A program made the position numbers and the translations under genes. Below are positions 1-13,989 of a stretch of 64,000 nucleotides of DNA, one piece after another. The notes beneath the pieces were generated by a model. It was not told the DNA's origin. It was given only the letters and a program-made list of their open reading frames with translations, and ran no database searches. Positions within the stretch are counted from its first letter, which is position 1. Each line of letters begins with the position of its first letter. The stretch lies in the NCBI RefSeq assembly GCF_009914755.1, contig NC_060938.1. One strand, given 5' to 3'. Origin of the DNA: the human T2T-CHM13v2.0 reference genome, Homo sapiens.

Positions 1-497
1 CGCTGATGGATGCAGCTCCAGAAGGAAACACTGGTTGTGATGGAGAATGCAGAGATGGCACAGGTGAGGGAGAGGTTCTGTGAAGGCTTCACCAGGCCAA
101 GAGTGCACCGAGAAATACAGTTGTTGGCAGCCACAGGTTCTGGAGAACACGCTGAAATTTCCAAATACTTACATTTCTATGAGAATAACGAGCTCACTTG
201 TGCTCAATTAGTGAGTCTCCTAGCGTAATGCCGTGGATGCTGATGTTGGATTCAGACAAATATAGGGTCACATTTTTCTCCATACTTGGAACCAAGTAAT
301 AAAGAGAAACTTATGTCAGGAGAATGGCCATTGAACTATCTCTGTTCATGGTGATTTTCAGAATAGGCTTGAGATGTGATCACCTAAAGGGTGTCGTAAT
401 ACTTAACCAACAATTAGGCCTGAGCAGCAGTCACAGGCACTGGAGGTCGCCCACATGGAGAAATGTCTGACTCACTGAAGCTGCACCTGGGGGTCTC
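1..497 (-). pseudogene. IGHV(II)-33-1: Clan II IGHV pseudogene, cut by the window edge, with FR1 interrupted by ~365 bp
   Basis: Minus strand 98->1 reads GLVKPSQNLSLTCAISAFSITTSVSFWSCIHQ. 489->466 reads CAGGTGCAGCTTCAG(T)GAGTCAG (QVQLQES-like) after an acceptor-like cctgcag. Name from position just 3' of IGHV3-33-2. Confidence 0.75.
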
Positions 498-1531
498 TGC
501 AGGCTCTGAGTTGTGCAGAAACAGCTCCTCCCTTAGACTCAGACTGAGGACAATCTCTGCTCATTCTCTGGGGAAGGTGAGGGTTAGTGTGTGGAAAGAA
601 CCCAACTTACTTTGCTCAAGATCTCTGTACTTGAACAGAAACAAAGAGTAGGAGAAAAAATGATTTCGGTTTTACATAGAATAAATTATCATGAGGAAGG
701 CAATAATATGTCTGGATCTTGCACAGAATTAAGAAACAATGAATTTGGGGTAAAGTTGAAAATTACAATTTCTTTGCAGATTCTGTTTTTAGTTATCTAT
801 GTCATCTGCAAAAATGAAGTAAAATCAGGGTTTTTATATAAAAATTCACAAACAGGGTGCTGGCCCTGCGAATGCACCTCCCATCTCTCCAGCATCAGGG
901 AGCCCAATAGAACAGGCAGCCAGCTGCTGCACTGCACTCTAACACCCGCCACCTGGTGTGTGCCAAAGACACCCATCCTGGGAGCTCCTCCCAGACAGTG
1001 GCTGTGCACAGTGGAGACACTGAGGCATGGCTGCTGCTGGGACGCATTGGACATCCCTGATGGACAACTGTGCTCTGGGAGGCACCAATGGTCTTCCTGG
1101 ACTTATCTTGGACCACAGGGTTGTTAGGGAAGGTCCATCAAACTCCCTTCCCTCTCCAGTACTAGTGGTGAGATTGACATTCTGGGGTGACAGTATCTAC
1201 AGCCCCGCCTGGCCTCCTGTGCATTTTTTGCTTCCATTACTTACATCTGCTTTGGGACAAATGAGAATGTTTCCTCTTCCTATAATAAACTTTTCTAATC
1301 CAGAGATGTCAGGGGTGGCCACAGAAACATAAATGTCCAGAGGCTCCGAGGGGAACTGGTAGATGCAGAGGAGGCCACAGACCCTGAAGGAAAGCAGCCC
1401 ATGATAACCATCTGTACCTGCCCTAGAGCTGCCCGTTTTCAGTGGGTCCTGAGTGCCCCTTTTAGCCCAGCCTCCTCCCTTGTCATTGCAGGAAACTGTG
1501 TCTGTGTTCACACTGATGTCCTCTTACCTGG

Positions 1532-1980
1532 TGCCTCACATACAGTAACACACAGCTGTGCCCTCTGCTCTCAGACTGTTCATTTGCAAATACAGTGAGT
1601 TCTTGGCATTTTCTTTGGAGATGGTGAATTTGCTCTTCACAGATTGGGCATAACATATCTGACTTCCATCACACTGTATATCTACTACTCACTCCAGCCC
1701 CTTCCCTGGAGCCTGGGAAACCGAGCTCATTCAGTAGCTACTGAAGGTTAATCCAGAGTCTGCACAGGAGAGTCTCAAGGATCCCCCAGGTTGTCTTGGG
1801 TCCTCTCCGGACTCCACGAGCTGTACCTCTCACTAGACACCTGCAAACTCGTAGACATCCTGGTCAGAAACTCCCAGACATAATCCACCATTTCTCTCAA
1901 GGGTATCCACTCACGCTCAATCTCTCTAGTTCACCTTTTAAAACAGCAACAGTGAAAACCCAGCTCAGCCCAAGCTCCAT
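1532..1980 (-). pseudogene. IGHV3-33-2: IGHV3-subgroup pseudogene (leader 1980-1935, V exon 1840-1532)
   Basis: Leader MELGLSWVFTVAVLK with GT donor. V exon [32 protein letters not shown] has several in-frame stops. RSS is degenerate: CCAGGTA-23-ACACAGTTT (1531-1493). Confidence 0.88.
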
Positions 1981-2106
1981 GGTGGGTCCTCTGTCTTTAG
2001 TCCTGATCACCAAATAGAAACCCCTGGGAATCCCAGGGCTGGCGCTTCTCTCCCAGAGCTGTGGGGTCAGGACTGGGCTGGTTTTCATCAGCAGAGGGAG
2101 AAACCT

Positions 2107-2114
2107 ATTTGCAT
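2107..2114 (-). promoter_or_regulatory. Ig promoter octamer ATGCAAAT (IGHV3-33-2)
   Basis: Exact ATTTGCAT on the + strand, ~130 bp upstream of the leader ATG. Confidence 0.85.
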
Positions 2115-5100
2115 GTCTCCTACTGTATAGCAAGCTCTGGGATGGGAATCCTGAGGAGGCGCAGGGCTCAGAGCAGACAAAGTGCCCTGGGGGAGATTGG
2201 TAGTCATCTTATCACTCAGGAAAATATCATTATATTATATGATTGTGCCTTGATAATCATTTAGCAGTCGTCATCTTCTTTTTGACATATTTGTAGAATA
2301 CATTTAATGCAAGTGTCAATGTTACATTTTAAGGAAGATAAATTACATATGGAACAGTGTTTATACAATGTGTTCAAGGTCACACAGCTGGACAGTATTA
2401 GCCCCATTATCCATGCCTGTGTCTCTGACCACTAGAGGAGACTGCTCCCCTGAGACAACTCCAGGGCAGTGTGGGACACGCCTAGTGAGGTTTGCAGGAT
2501 TCCACCCCCGCCAGGACATCTCTGTTTTCTTTTAATGTATTCTGCTCTTTACCTAAAGTATACAGAGAAAACCAGTGTTCAAGCATGTGTACTTTCAAGA
2601 GTCTGAGATGTTTTGAGTGTTCATACCCATCTATTTTTTGCTCCTCCTCAACCAACATATTCATTTGTTTCTTTGTTACTGCTTTAAGTACAATTAATAA
2701 TTAATTCAAATCTACACTGCACCATTTGGAAAATGGTAACGTATGTGTGCAAACTTTAATCAGGTTGTGTACAATTAAGTTAACCCCTAAATCTTTCTGT
2801 CACTTCTCTGTAATTTCATCTCACCACCCAATTACTTTCAACACCCATTTCTCCCAAATTTCAAATCTGCTCTGTTACTTTAGAATAGTTGTACCTTCTG
2901 CAGTTTATACAATTAGAAGTTTATGAAGTGCACTCTTAATTCTTCAGCTACTTTCACTCAGCAGAGTTATTTGAGAATGTAGACATGCTTTTATGAGAAT
3001 GAGGATGCCTTGATTCTAATTCTGCATTGTACTTTAGTCCATAATCATATGTCAAATTTTTTAACGTTCACCTGTAGTGGATATGGATATTTGATTTGTT
3101 CCCTTAGTTTCTGGCTTTTATATAGAAAGTGGCTACTCAGCGTGCAAATGTGAAAAATGAGGAAACTATGATCTTATTCTGACCTCCTTAACAGTAAACC
3201 TGAAAAACTGAATAAATGAAGAAGAAAACCTTTTAACATATCTGAGCTGCTTTCACAGAGCTAACGAGAAGACTGAAATGTGAGGAGAGAGATGCCAGCA
3301 GAGAGGACTGGGGCCCACATGTTCGTGAACCCAGGGCAGGTGCCACTGGATGGCACTGAGAGAGGAACAGGCTAACCTGGAAATATTTAGTGAGGTTTCT
3401 TTTTGGATACATGTGCTAATGGTATTAGAGTGTGAATCTACTAGTCCTTGCAGGCTTTTCCCAGGAATTTGAAAAATCCACAGTCAACTCCCTTATCTGC
3501 TGTCCTGTGGTGCTGACAGGAAGGGAAGAACAGCGAGGACTGTTGAACGCCTGGATCCACCCCCACTATTTCCAGGGGAAATCCAATAAAACCTGTATCC
3601 TATGGGGGTGTGGTGGAGTCAACAGAAACTAAAGAAAACAGAAAATTCCCAAAGAACTCCATCTAGAAGAAATTCTTAATCTGCAGGGTAAGTACAATGG
3701 AGGAGAAGCTGAGAACACTGGTGAGAAACCATTGTGGTTGGGAAGACACTCTACCCCTGGGGGAAGAGGTATGGACAGGAAAATTGGGAAGGTCACCCCC
3801 AGAACTATGATTTCTACTCATGCATAAGAAGGAGGCTGATTCAGAAGGTTGGAGAACGTCTCCATTTGTTCAAGCCCCTTCTCCACATGGTCAATAAGTC
3901 TGCAGAATAGTGAAGTAGCTACATCAGCTCCATTCTGACCTCTGTCATGTGACAGTTTTTGTGGATTTGCTTTCTGCTCTCTCAAGATTTGTTTCCTCTC
4001 TCAAGTCCTAGCTCCATTCTCCTATTCTCAGTTTATTGAAGAGATTCATATTTAGCTTAGAACATTACAATTTTTGGAAGAAATTTTCATCTTAAACACA
4101 CCAAATCTAATGAGCTCTCTCCAGGGGTGCCCATCTGTTTTTTTTTCTTCCTTTCCTATGGGATATGGCCCTTTTTTTCTCCATGAGTCCAGCTCTTATA
4201 TTCATATGCATGAGGAGTCTAACCATCACACACCCAGAGACATGTTGCAGGAATGGACTCTACCATCCATCTCCTCAGCCCTCATGTGCACAGTGGCCAC
4301 TCTGTCAGCTGCTGTATGTGCTTTAGGGATTTCCATTTAGAAGTGTCTTTCACTTTCCCCCCAAATAAAGTTCCTTGTCCTTAAATATCTTGACGAGCCA
4401 GTCTTCTTTTCTGTCTCTTTGTAGTTAATATTGTTTTATTCCATTAAAATTCATTGCGAACATCAGTGAAAATGGAAGTGACCAGCCATCCCTTCCATTG
4501 TCTGACTTCTGCCTGATGGACCCACCCATGAGCTTTACTCCACTGCTCTGCAGCTGATGGGGCCATCTGGACCTTTATTAATAAGAGGTGTGTGATTTAT
4601 TAGAGAATTACTGAGATCAGCAGGTGCCTGAGCTCCTCAGAACACAGGTGTGGTCCTGAAGTAGAGTGTGTGTGACTGAAATCACACATGTGTATAACTC
4701 GTGGCCTCAGCCCATAAGCTGATACCAGATTCTGGCCATTCCTGGGTAGCCTGATGAGGGGTGTCCAGAGAAGGATGGATGCAGGATGTGGATTTTAGAA
4801 AGTGATGTGGTGTTTGGGGGCATTGATGGCCAAATTTTAAGTCTATTCTGTCCTTGGTACTTGGGGAAGACTGGGAAGAAAGGAACAAAACTCAGACCCC
4901 ATGTAGCTCCCCATTTAGGAAGAGATTCAGTGCAAATTTCGAAAGCCGAAGAAATAGACCATACTGCAGGGATCATTTCTGTAGTCCGTTTGAGGTGGTA
5001 GAAGAAAAACAGTGATGCTGGTGATGTTGGTGTGGTTTTCTGTGACATACTAAGGAGAACAGAAGATGATCAGTGGCCAATCTCCATCCAGCTGGTACCT

Positions 5101-5325
5101 ATCGTCTATTTGTTATGTCCAAATAAAAGATAAGGGACATTTGTTACACACACACACCAGGGCTGGTTTCAGAGACCATGCTCAAAAATGGCCAACAGAG
5201 CCATGACACATTTTTATATGAGAACTACTATTTTTGCCTACTTCACGTGGAAATCTGAGAGATGCAGTGCCCAGCCTCAGGGGGCTGCTTCTCCCTCCAG
5301 GAGACAGAGCTAACAGAGTTAGGTG

Positions 5326-5697
5326 GTATTAGTCAGTTTGGGTCTTCGTAAGAAGACAACAGGATTGGGTGGCTTAAACAACAAATATTGATTTTCTTAC
5401 AATTCTACAGTCTGAATGTCGAAGATCAAGGAGCTGGCAAAATTGGTTCTTAGTATGGCTTCTTCCTGGCTTGCACAGGGCCACCTTCTAGTGCACTACG
5501 TCTCCACATGGCCTCTTCTCTGTGTGCACGTGAAAAGTGAGAGGTCTCTGGTGTCTCTTCCTCTTCTTATAAAGACAACGGTTTATTGCATTAGGGTCTC
5601 ACACTTTGACCACATTTAACCTCAATTACATCATTAAAATTCCAGTATAGATCCATTGGATTTAAGGTTTCAGTAAGTTAATTTCAAATAGGGCACA
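5326..5697 (+). mobile_element. MaLR LTR (MLT1-like), decayed
   Basis: MLT1-type motif tattagtc...ctgggtggcttaaacaacaaata...aagatcaagg. Paralog at ~53345-53730. Confidence 0.65.
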
Positions 5698-5996
5698 ATT
5701 CGATTGATGAAACAAATCAAGAGATGGTGAGAATCCATATATGGCAAAATGAGTCATGCAGGAACTTGTAGGAAAGTTTCTAGTAATTGGTGAAACCTCA
5801 ACAGTAAACAGAAAAATTGTCTTCCTCCTTTCTTCCCTGCCACAAGGATGTGAGGAAGCAGAACCACAGATAATAAAGAAAGAGAGTCCTGGGGACATCT
5901 GAGGTGCTGGCGAGGAGACAGACCACTGAGCTGTTGAGGAAGCCCCGCCCTCCTTGCACCTGCTCCGGACCCGGCCTCGGGATCTGTGGGCGCCGC

Positions 5997-6010
5997 GCGC
6001 CACCTGCTGG
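5997..6010 (-). promoter_or_regulatory. RSS-proximal CTCF core motif CCAGCAGGTGGCGC (IGHV4-34)
   Basis: Matches the CTCF core consensus, ~45 bp downstream of the nonamer. Binding is inferred, not shown. Confidence 0.7.
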
Positions 6011-6045
6011 TCTTGAGCAGTACCTGCGCCCGCCCCCTCTGCCTA

Positions 6046-6527
<482 letters not shown>

Positions 6528-6632
6528 GTTCTTGTGCAGGAGGTCCATGACTCTCAGAAAGCACTTCCCATGTGAGCTGGACCCTGAATTTAAGGAAATG
6601 TGTAGTCATTTCCTGTGGGTGCCTAAGTGAGG

Positions 6633-6640
6633 ATTTGCAT
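6633..6640 (-). promoter_or_regulatory. Octamer of the IGHV4-34 promoter
   Basis: Exact ATTTGCAT. Confidence 0.9.
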
Positions 6641-9600
6641 GTGGGTGGTGCCTTTGTATGGATAGGTAAAAAGGGATGAGGGAGGCCCCAGTCTTTTGGG
6701 CTCACCCTGGGAGGTGTATGCTGGCTGTGCCCTCTGAGAACTCAGTTCTCTTCCTGTGGCCTCCCCTCACCAAACCCAGAGTCCTCTTCTTCCAGGTAGG
6801 AAATGTGCTGAAGGAGCTGGTCTGGGAGACAAGTGTGATCATGGATCAAAGACAGATTTTGGAATACAGTTAATACTGTTCTACATTTAAAGATTCATAT
6901 AACACCAACCATACACCCAGGTCACCTAAATTGTCATTTACCCCTTCAGACATATTGAAACAGCTGCTGAGTGTAATAATCACAGTGAATTGAGACAAAC
7001 CTGGATCCATGCAATGTGTACTGTAGTTCAGAACATCCATCATGGTTAGAAGGATGCTACCTGTCCCAGGAAGTGGGTTATTTTTAAATAGTACCTGAGA
7101 GCTGCCCTTCTGAGACCTTTTGAAATTTGAGATTGTGTGTGAGATCTCAGGAGAAGGTAGTAGAATATATCTCCATCCTTCTCAATGTGTAACCCTGAGA
7201 ATATGGCCTGACCTCTAAACATTTCTGTGTGAAAAGATGTACATTGGGGATAGCAGTGACAGCTTCAGATGAAAACTCTATAGTACATCAGCACTGGAGG
7301 ATAGTCTCATCACCAAGATTAGTGAAATTACCTTTCCTGGGAACCAGAGAGGACCTCTGTGAGCTCTACCCTCTGAGAGAACAAGGAACTCTGGTTCTTC
7401 CCTGACAGGTCACACCTGTGAAACATGGCTGGACAATGACACTCAAGCCCAGAATTCGTACCCACATATTTACCAATTCAGATCCATCTGTCTCTGAAAG
7501 AATTTCTCCTCCGCTGAATTGCAAGAACATACCCTAGGGTGTGCAGTATTGCAACTTGGGCATTTCACATTAGTTTGGTGAATTATATAATACACAAAAT
7601 ATCTCCATGGATGTTGTAACAGGAGAGTCATCAGAAGCTGGTTGTGTTGTATAATCTGGATAAACCTGGGCTCTCTTCTTAGGAGCTGAACAAGTGGGCT
7701 GGCCTTCTATGAGACGACAGAGGGAAAGAGACAGACTCAATATCCAGAGCGAGGTGAGCTCCTTACCTACCTACCAGGTGGTCTCTGGGCCATTTGTTTG
7801 AGCAGACCCAGAAGTACCTTCCTCACCCTCAGGAGAATTATGAACATTGAGAGAAACTGAGATACTTTTTTTATTTACAGGGAATATTTCATCGGCGTGT
7901 AGACATCTACGTGGGTGTGTACAGGGATGCTAGGATGTGCTCATACACAGAAGAGCAAGAATTATATTTCGTGGAAAGAAAACCAAAGAGCTTCTGAATT
8001 TGTAGGTATTGTTTGCTGCAAATGTGTCAGGTCACTAGATCATGTTATGCTGCTAGAAGAAAAACTTCCCAACATTGTCATGGAGACAAAATGCAAAACA
8101 GTAAAGATTCAACTGAGATTCCCTTGAAAATCACCAGTAATGAACAGGCCAAAAGAAATCAACCATTGTGGAAAGAGTGGTCATTAAGTGAAATAGCAAA
8201 TTCCATGTTGCAGTGAGAAGGAAGATCCATCTGACAGCTCATTTTCACCTCTACAAAGACTTCAGAACATAGACTAAGAGCAGAGCGTGAACTTAGGGCA
8301 AACAGAGGCCAGATGTTTGAGGAGGTTGGAGAGTGAGCTGGAGTCATTGTGAGCCATTCAGAAAAGCAGAGTGTTCCAGGGTGTATTGAGTCCTCCTGAG
8401 TTAAGAGGTGCTGAATATACGCAAGTTTCACTGCCCTCATTGCGTTTTATTCTCTAGACTCTCTTGGATGTCCAGATTTGAACATGTGGAGTGTTGATGG
8501 AACTCAACATAACTAGGAACTTTTCAGTGAAGGTGTAGGTAACAATGTGGGTATAATTAAATTCGGTTTATGAAAATATTATTATCCGAAATGTCAAAGT
8601 CAGTATCTATTAATTTATCTTTCTTTTGTATTTTACAGACAAGATTATTCTGTTGCCCAGGCTGGAGTGCAGACTCACCTATTAATTTAACAGCATAAAA
8701 ACGATCAGTCCAATTTACGTAGTCCTGTAATCTCCATCAAGGATTTAGGTCCATGTGGCCTGTGACAGAGCTCTAGTCACAGAGGGAAGAGAGTGGTTTG
8801 TTGGGTTGATGCTGCTTCTTCAGAGGGGAATTTAAACAACTCCTCACCTCATCAAGTCTATTTTTATAACTGTGCAAGACCCTTGGGAATGCACTCACCA
8901 TTTCTTACATAATGGGAGTTGACTGTGTCATGAAGGTAACACGAAGATGTGCAAATTTAAAGCCTGGTTACATAACCTGTTGAATTTAAAATGCCTGGAG
9001 CCAATCACATTCTGGCATCTTGTTTAATTAGTTCTGAATGTATTTTCAGTTGGTTAGTTCAAGTTCCCATAATTCACTTTCTGCTAAAATAGTCACATAC
9101 AATAATCTTGAGATATTAAAATAAAAAAACTAATTTGAAAATGAACCCAACTTCCAGGAGAGATGAAAGTTCCTTTGTGGTGAAGGGTTGAAATATGGTT
9201 GAACACTGAGGTTGTCTTCACAATTGTTTTAATTAGGGGAACTTCTATACATCCCTTATATTTATTAGAAACTCCCATTGAGAACCTTGAACTAACGTAA
9301 TTAGTTGATGGAGCACACAACAACAATGCTGAAGGTTATTAAGCAGGAATTGCTATTACAACGTTAGCCTTGCTTTAAAGCACATATTTCTACCTGATGT
9401 GAAATTAGCCCAGGTGCGCTGATGAGAGTTTGTCAGTTAATCAAAGACCAGGAAATGGATACACGTGTTTCTGGAGCAGGGCATGGCTTTGGGATGCTTT
9501 GCGAAAAAAGTGGCTTCTCACGTCTTTGGGAAAACCCATCAAAATGGGCAAGTTAAGGATCTCTTAGGAGCACCCGTCTATCCCATATTCTTGGCTAATA

Positions 9601-9694
9601 TTAAAGCGGAACTCAATGCAAAATGAGATACTATGGAAGTTCAGAAAACTGCTGTACCACTGCCTCAGCTCAGCACAGCTGCCTCCTTCCTCAG

Positions 9695-9733
9695 GCTTTC
9701 TGAAACTCTCGGGATGTGGGTTTCCACACTGTG
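9695..9733 (-). other. 23-RSS of IGHV7-34-1
   Basis: CACAGTG-23-TCAGAAAGC. Confidence 0.85.
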
Positions 9734-10167
9734 TACTTCGCACAGTAATACTCGGCCGTGTCCTCAGCCTTTAGGCTGCTGATCTGAAGACACGCCGTGC
9801 TGACAGACGTGTCCATGGAGAAGACAAACCATCCTGTGAAGCCGTGGGTATACGTTGGGTTCCCAGTGTAGGTGATGATCCATCACATCCACTCAAAGCC
9901 CTGTCCAGGGGTCTATCATACCCAATTCATACCATAGATGGTGAAGGTGTAACCAGAAGACTTATAGGAGACCTTCACTGAGGCCCCAGGCTTCTTCACC
10001 TCAGGCCCAGACTGCACCAGCTGCAGGGAGTGGGCACCTGTGGAGTGGACACAAGAGTGGGTGAAGTCTCACATGACTGGCCTGGTTTCTTCCTCAGCCC
10101 TGAGACTGGGGAGCCCCTTACCTGTTGCTGCTGCCATCAAGAAGAGGATCCTTCAGGTCCAGTCCAT
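9734..10167 (-). pseudogene. IGHV7-34-1: IGHV7-subgroup pseudogene
   Basis: Leader MDWT* (TGA at codon 5). V exon [20 protein letters not shown]...[22 protein letters not shown] has stops in FR2. Octamer is altered (aattgcat, 10262-10269). Confidence 0.9.
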
Positions 10168-10856
10168 GGTGAGGAGCTGTGATCTAGGGGCTTCTCCAGA
10201 GGAGGGGTGTGGTTGTTGGGTGAGGCTCTCAGGGAACGGAGATACTATAGTCACCTCAGTTAATTGCATATTCATGAAGGATGCTATTTAATAGCCCAAT
10301 TCCTGACCCAGTATGAGAAACAGACACATGGGTGACACAACTGTAGAAGCTGAGGGTTCAAGCCGTAATCCTGTTAGAGGCCATGTGTCCCCTACACATC
10401 CCTGAACTCTGTGTTGACAGAGCTTCCCCCACTGGAGAACAAGCTCCTCAAGGACAGCACCTCACTTTGAAACCACATTTGACTGTCTCAGGGTCAACTT
10501 GCATCATTTCTAGACCATAATATGTGAATGCGTTATTTAGGGAATGACTGTGTTTATCCAAAAATTGCATTTATTTATAAGAAAGGATCTCTTCCTGACC
10601 TCCAGCAGAGTTTGAAATCCCCATTGTAAAAGTGGTTCTCATTACAACATCCAGTTTGATAAATGCTCACAATTGAATAGATATTTATACAAACTTCAGC
10701 AGTCTTTGTGAAATACTTATTTTAGATATTTTTAAAGGAAGTCCCAGGCCCTGGGAGGAACCTCTCCCCAGCCTCCTGTGCACCTGCTCTGGGGCGGGAG
10801 CCTGTGCTGGGTGTATCCGGAGCGCCCCCTGCAGCCCAGCCCCAACCATGCAGGGA

Positions 10857-11183
10857 GGTTTCTATCTGAGCTGACAGAGTATATTCCTACCAGTGTATCC
10901 AGCTCAGTATAAAGTGGTTGTGCCCTGGCTCAGAATTCTCCTTTAGGGACACCACATGCTCCTCACACCATCTTTTGAAATAGTGAATTGCCTTTAGGAA
11001 ACCCAGTGAACTCTGCAGAGAGACTCCAAGAAAAGATCTCATGCATCACCAGGGAGCCCTTTCCTGGAGCTCAAGAGGCACAGAATCATTGGACACACGG
11101 TGAACCCAAACACTCTTCAGGGGTTGAGGGGAGACTCTTATTTCCTTTAGGGTCCTACAGTTGATTATGGCACCTGAGAATAC
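10857..11183 (-). pseudogene. Highly decayed VH relic with degenerate 23-RSS (name unknown to me)
   Basis: Acceptor ctgcag at 11184. GCTCCAGGAAAGGGCT (APGKG-like) at 11070-11055. GGCAATTCACTATTTCAAAAGAT (GRFTISRD-like) at 10992-10970. CACTGGT-23-ATAGAAACC, followed by TCCCTGCA and a CTCF-like box as in the neighbouring VH genes. Confidence 0.7.
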
Positions 11184-11237
11184 CTGCAGGTGCAGGTACA
11201 TGTGGATAGAAACCCACTCCAACTCTGCTATTCAACT

Positions 11238-11258
11238 CACACATGCGCGCGCGTGTGT

Positions 11259-11295
<37 letters not shown>

Positions 11296-11298
11296 CAT
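11238..11298. repeat. Compound alternating purine-pyrimidine microsatellite (CG/TG/CA/TA)
   Basis: cacacatgcgcgcgcgtgtgtac(ac)n(at)nacat. Confidence 0.9.
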
Positions 11299-13989
11299 CG
11301 TGGCTAATTTTTATATTAACGGATCCCATGTTTGCCATTTTTTTCTGGTATCCATCTCATGGAAAGCGCTCCCTACACTGGTACTAAGACTGAATATGTG
11401 TCTACTTTCTGTAAACAGAAGTAAAGAAACAGAATACAAGTGGACACTTGGGAAGTGCATGCACATTGAATTCACCTGGTCTCACTTTGGAACCCTGCAG
11501 ATGCCCCGTGAAAACTAAATTTGAGGCCAATGAGGGTTACATCATTTCATTAGTGGTGAAGTTGCTGAAGTCAGAGGCTTCAAATTGCTTTATTTTTCAT
11601 AACATTTTTTATCCGATTTTCCTCCTCAGATAGAGTTTGCGAATTGCCACACTCTCATATTTAATCCATATTGACTAAACTGGTGAGACGTAATGCGTGG
11701 AACATGGAAGCATTACATGTTCTTACAGTTGCATTTTAATGCTATGGTGATCTTCTTTCTCTGGGCTGTGACCGATGCAAGAAGTCTCCAGGTGTGAAGC
11801 TGATTTTTGCTGTTTTCTGGCTGGAACATCACAGGAAAATTTTCTTAAATGTAATCCTATTGGCTAATTTTACCCATTTTCATGACAAAGGAAGGTTGCT
11901 GGTAAGGCTTGTAATGGGGATAGATTGCCTTTCGCCACATAGATAAGGATCTAAAAATGTCCTTCGCCTGTTTGTCTGTATGAACAAGGTCAGAGATTTT
12001 GGTCTCCTGGTAATAGAGCCATGAATGGATCTTGTGGATTCTCACCCTGAGAACCTAGAGGTTCCTGGAGGAAGGGAGATAAGAGTATGGGGGGCTGGGG
12101 CTCCCAGGATCTCTCACCCTCACGCTAGTCCAGACAGGCCCTTTATGTTTATTTAGTTCAGATATATAACAAACCACATAGCCAGGCTCATTTAAATTAT
12201 CCATCCTCAGTCTATATTGGGGCAGCAGCTGAGTATAATAATTACACTGAACTCAGACAAATCGGGCCCAATCCAATTTTTACTGTAGCTCAGAGCAGCT
12301 TTACTGACTCACTTAACTTGGAGATTATTTCTTCCCGGAAAGAACTGTAAAGGTTGCTGTGGAGCCTCTGTAGGGTTGGATTTTTTGCATCAGCCTGTCA
12401 TGCAGGGTGTTCTGAATGATGCAGACCTTTATACTTAGATGGTAATTATTCCTAGTGATGTGGAAATGGCTGGCAGCCCTCAATTCTGTTTCTTTCTTTT
12501 GTTCCCCTGAGTGTCTACAAGAATCCCATGAACCTCAGGACTCTCCTTCAACGGATGACTCTGAAGATTGACAATCAACTCAGTGCTACAAACAGAGGGA
12601 GCTAAGTGAGGATTCTCAATTAACTGATATGTTGAGCCAGCAACATAGGACGCATCCAAGAATGAACCATTTTGTCAATGCCTATCAACATTAAATTCGA
12701 GATTTATGATTTTCAGTACATTGGAGTTAAAATTTTTATGATTCTTGACAATGAGGTCTCAAACTTGATGGTTTGCAGATGAAACCAACTTGTCATGGTT
12801 AGACAGAATCTTCTTTTTCTAGGAAGCTAGTCTTTTAAACTAAAGCACCTGAGAGGTGGTTTCCTGAGATCTTGTGAACATGTATCTATTGGAGAAAAAA
12901 ATCAGGAAATCTGGTCTCAAATAATTGACAGAAAGCTTATGAAAAATTTTTATCAACACAGCCATGAAACTCCGGTTAGTCATTTTTTTGGTTCTTTTGT
13001 TACAACTCAAGAAACAATTAAGAAATCAACACAATCGCAAGCCTACTCCAAAAGAGATCATCTTTCCATACTTCAAAAACAGACCAGTATTCATAGACAC
13101 TTCTCCATTAGATCTACAACTTACACAGATTTCTGTAACCTGAAGAAGTTTCTCTAAGAAGATTCTTCTCTAGACATCTATGTATGCTAAAATACATTGT
13201 GTTTATTTATGATTAATCTGTGCGAGCCCTTGGCACATTAAACAAACTTCATGTAAATGTGATAACTTTATCACTTACTGTGCTCTCACACTTTACTGGT
13301 TTCAAAAGTTCATCACCCTTGTGATGGAGCAATAGGTGCCTTTGAGAATATGCTGTTGCTTCAAGCGAACACATTCTAGATCCTCACTTGATTTCATCAT
13401 TTCATATTGAGTGTAGGTGTGTCTATGACTGAAAACCCAACAGTTTTATCCAACAGATTCTCCTCTTATGAGATCATCCTGAAACCTGCCAACCACCTCC
13501 ATCATGCATGCTTCCAATCTTTTGCTTTTAGGAAATAAGAGGCATAATCCATCCCTGCTTTAAGGTGAGAGACCTTCCTGACCTTCCATCATATTTAGTA
13601 GAAACTCTCATTGAGAGCCATAACAAACATTATTTGTTTACAGATCATACCTCAAAACTGAAACTGTTTTTCATAATGGCTATACCATTCTACATTTTCA
13701 CAATTATGGAAAGCAGTATAAAGGCTCCTAAATGAATTAAAGCCAGAAATATTGTATGACCAGGAATCCTGTTTCTGGGAGTATATCCAAAGGAGATGAA
13801 ATTACCACCTTGTGAAGATATCTGCATCCTATGTTTATTGAAACACTATTAATAACAGCAAACATATGGAAAAAATCTGTCAGTAGATAGACAAATGAAT
13901 AAAGACAATGTGGTATATATGCACAATAGAATATAATGTTATCAAAGAAAGATGCTGCCATTTGCCACGATGGATCGATTTCCATAACC

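Noticed and set aside
591-1127. 178-aa ORF
   Set aside because: Non-ATG start, no homology I recognise, and it lies in intergenic VH flank.
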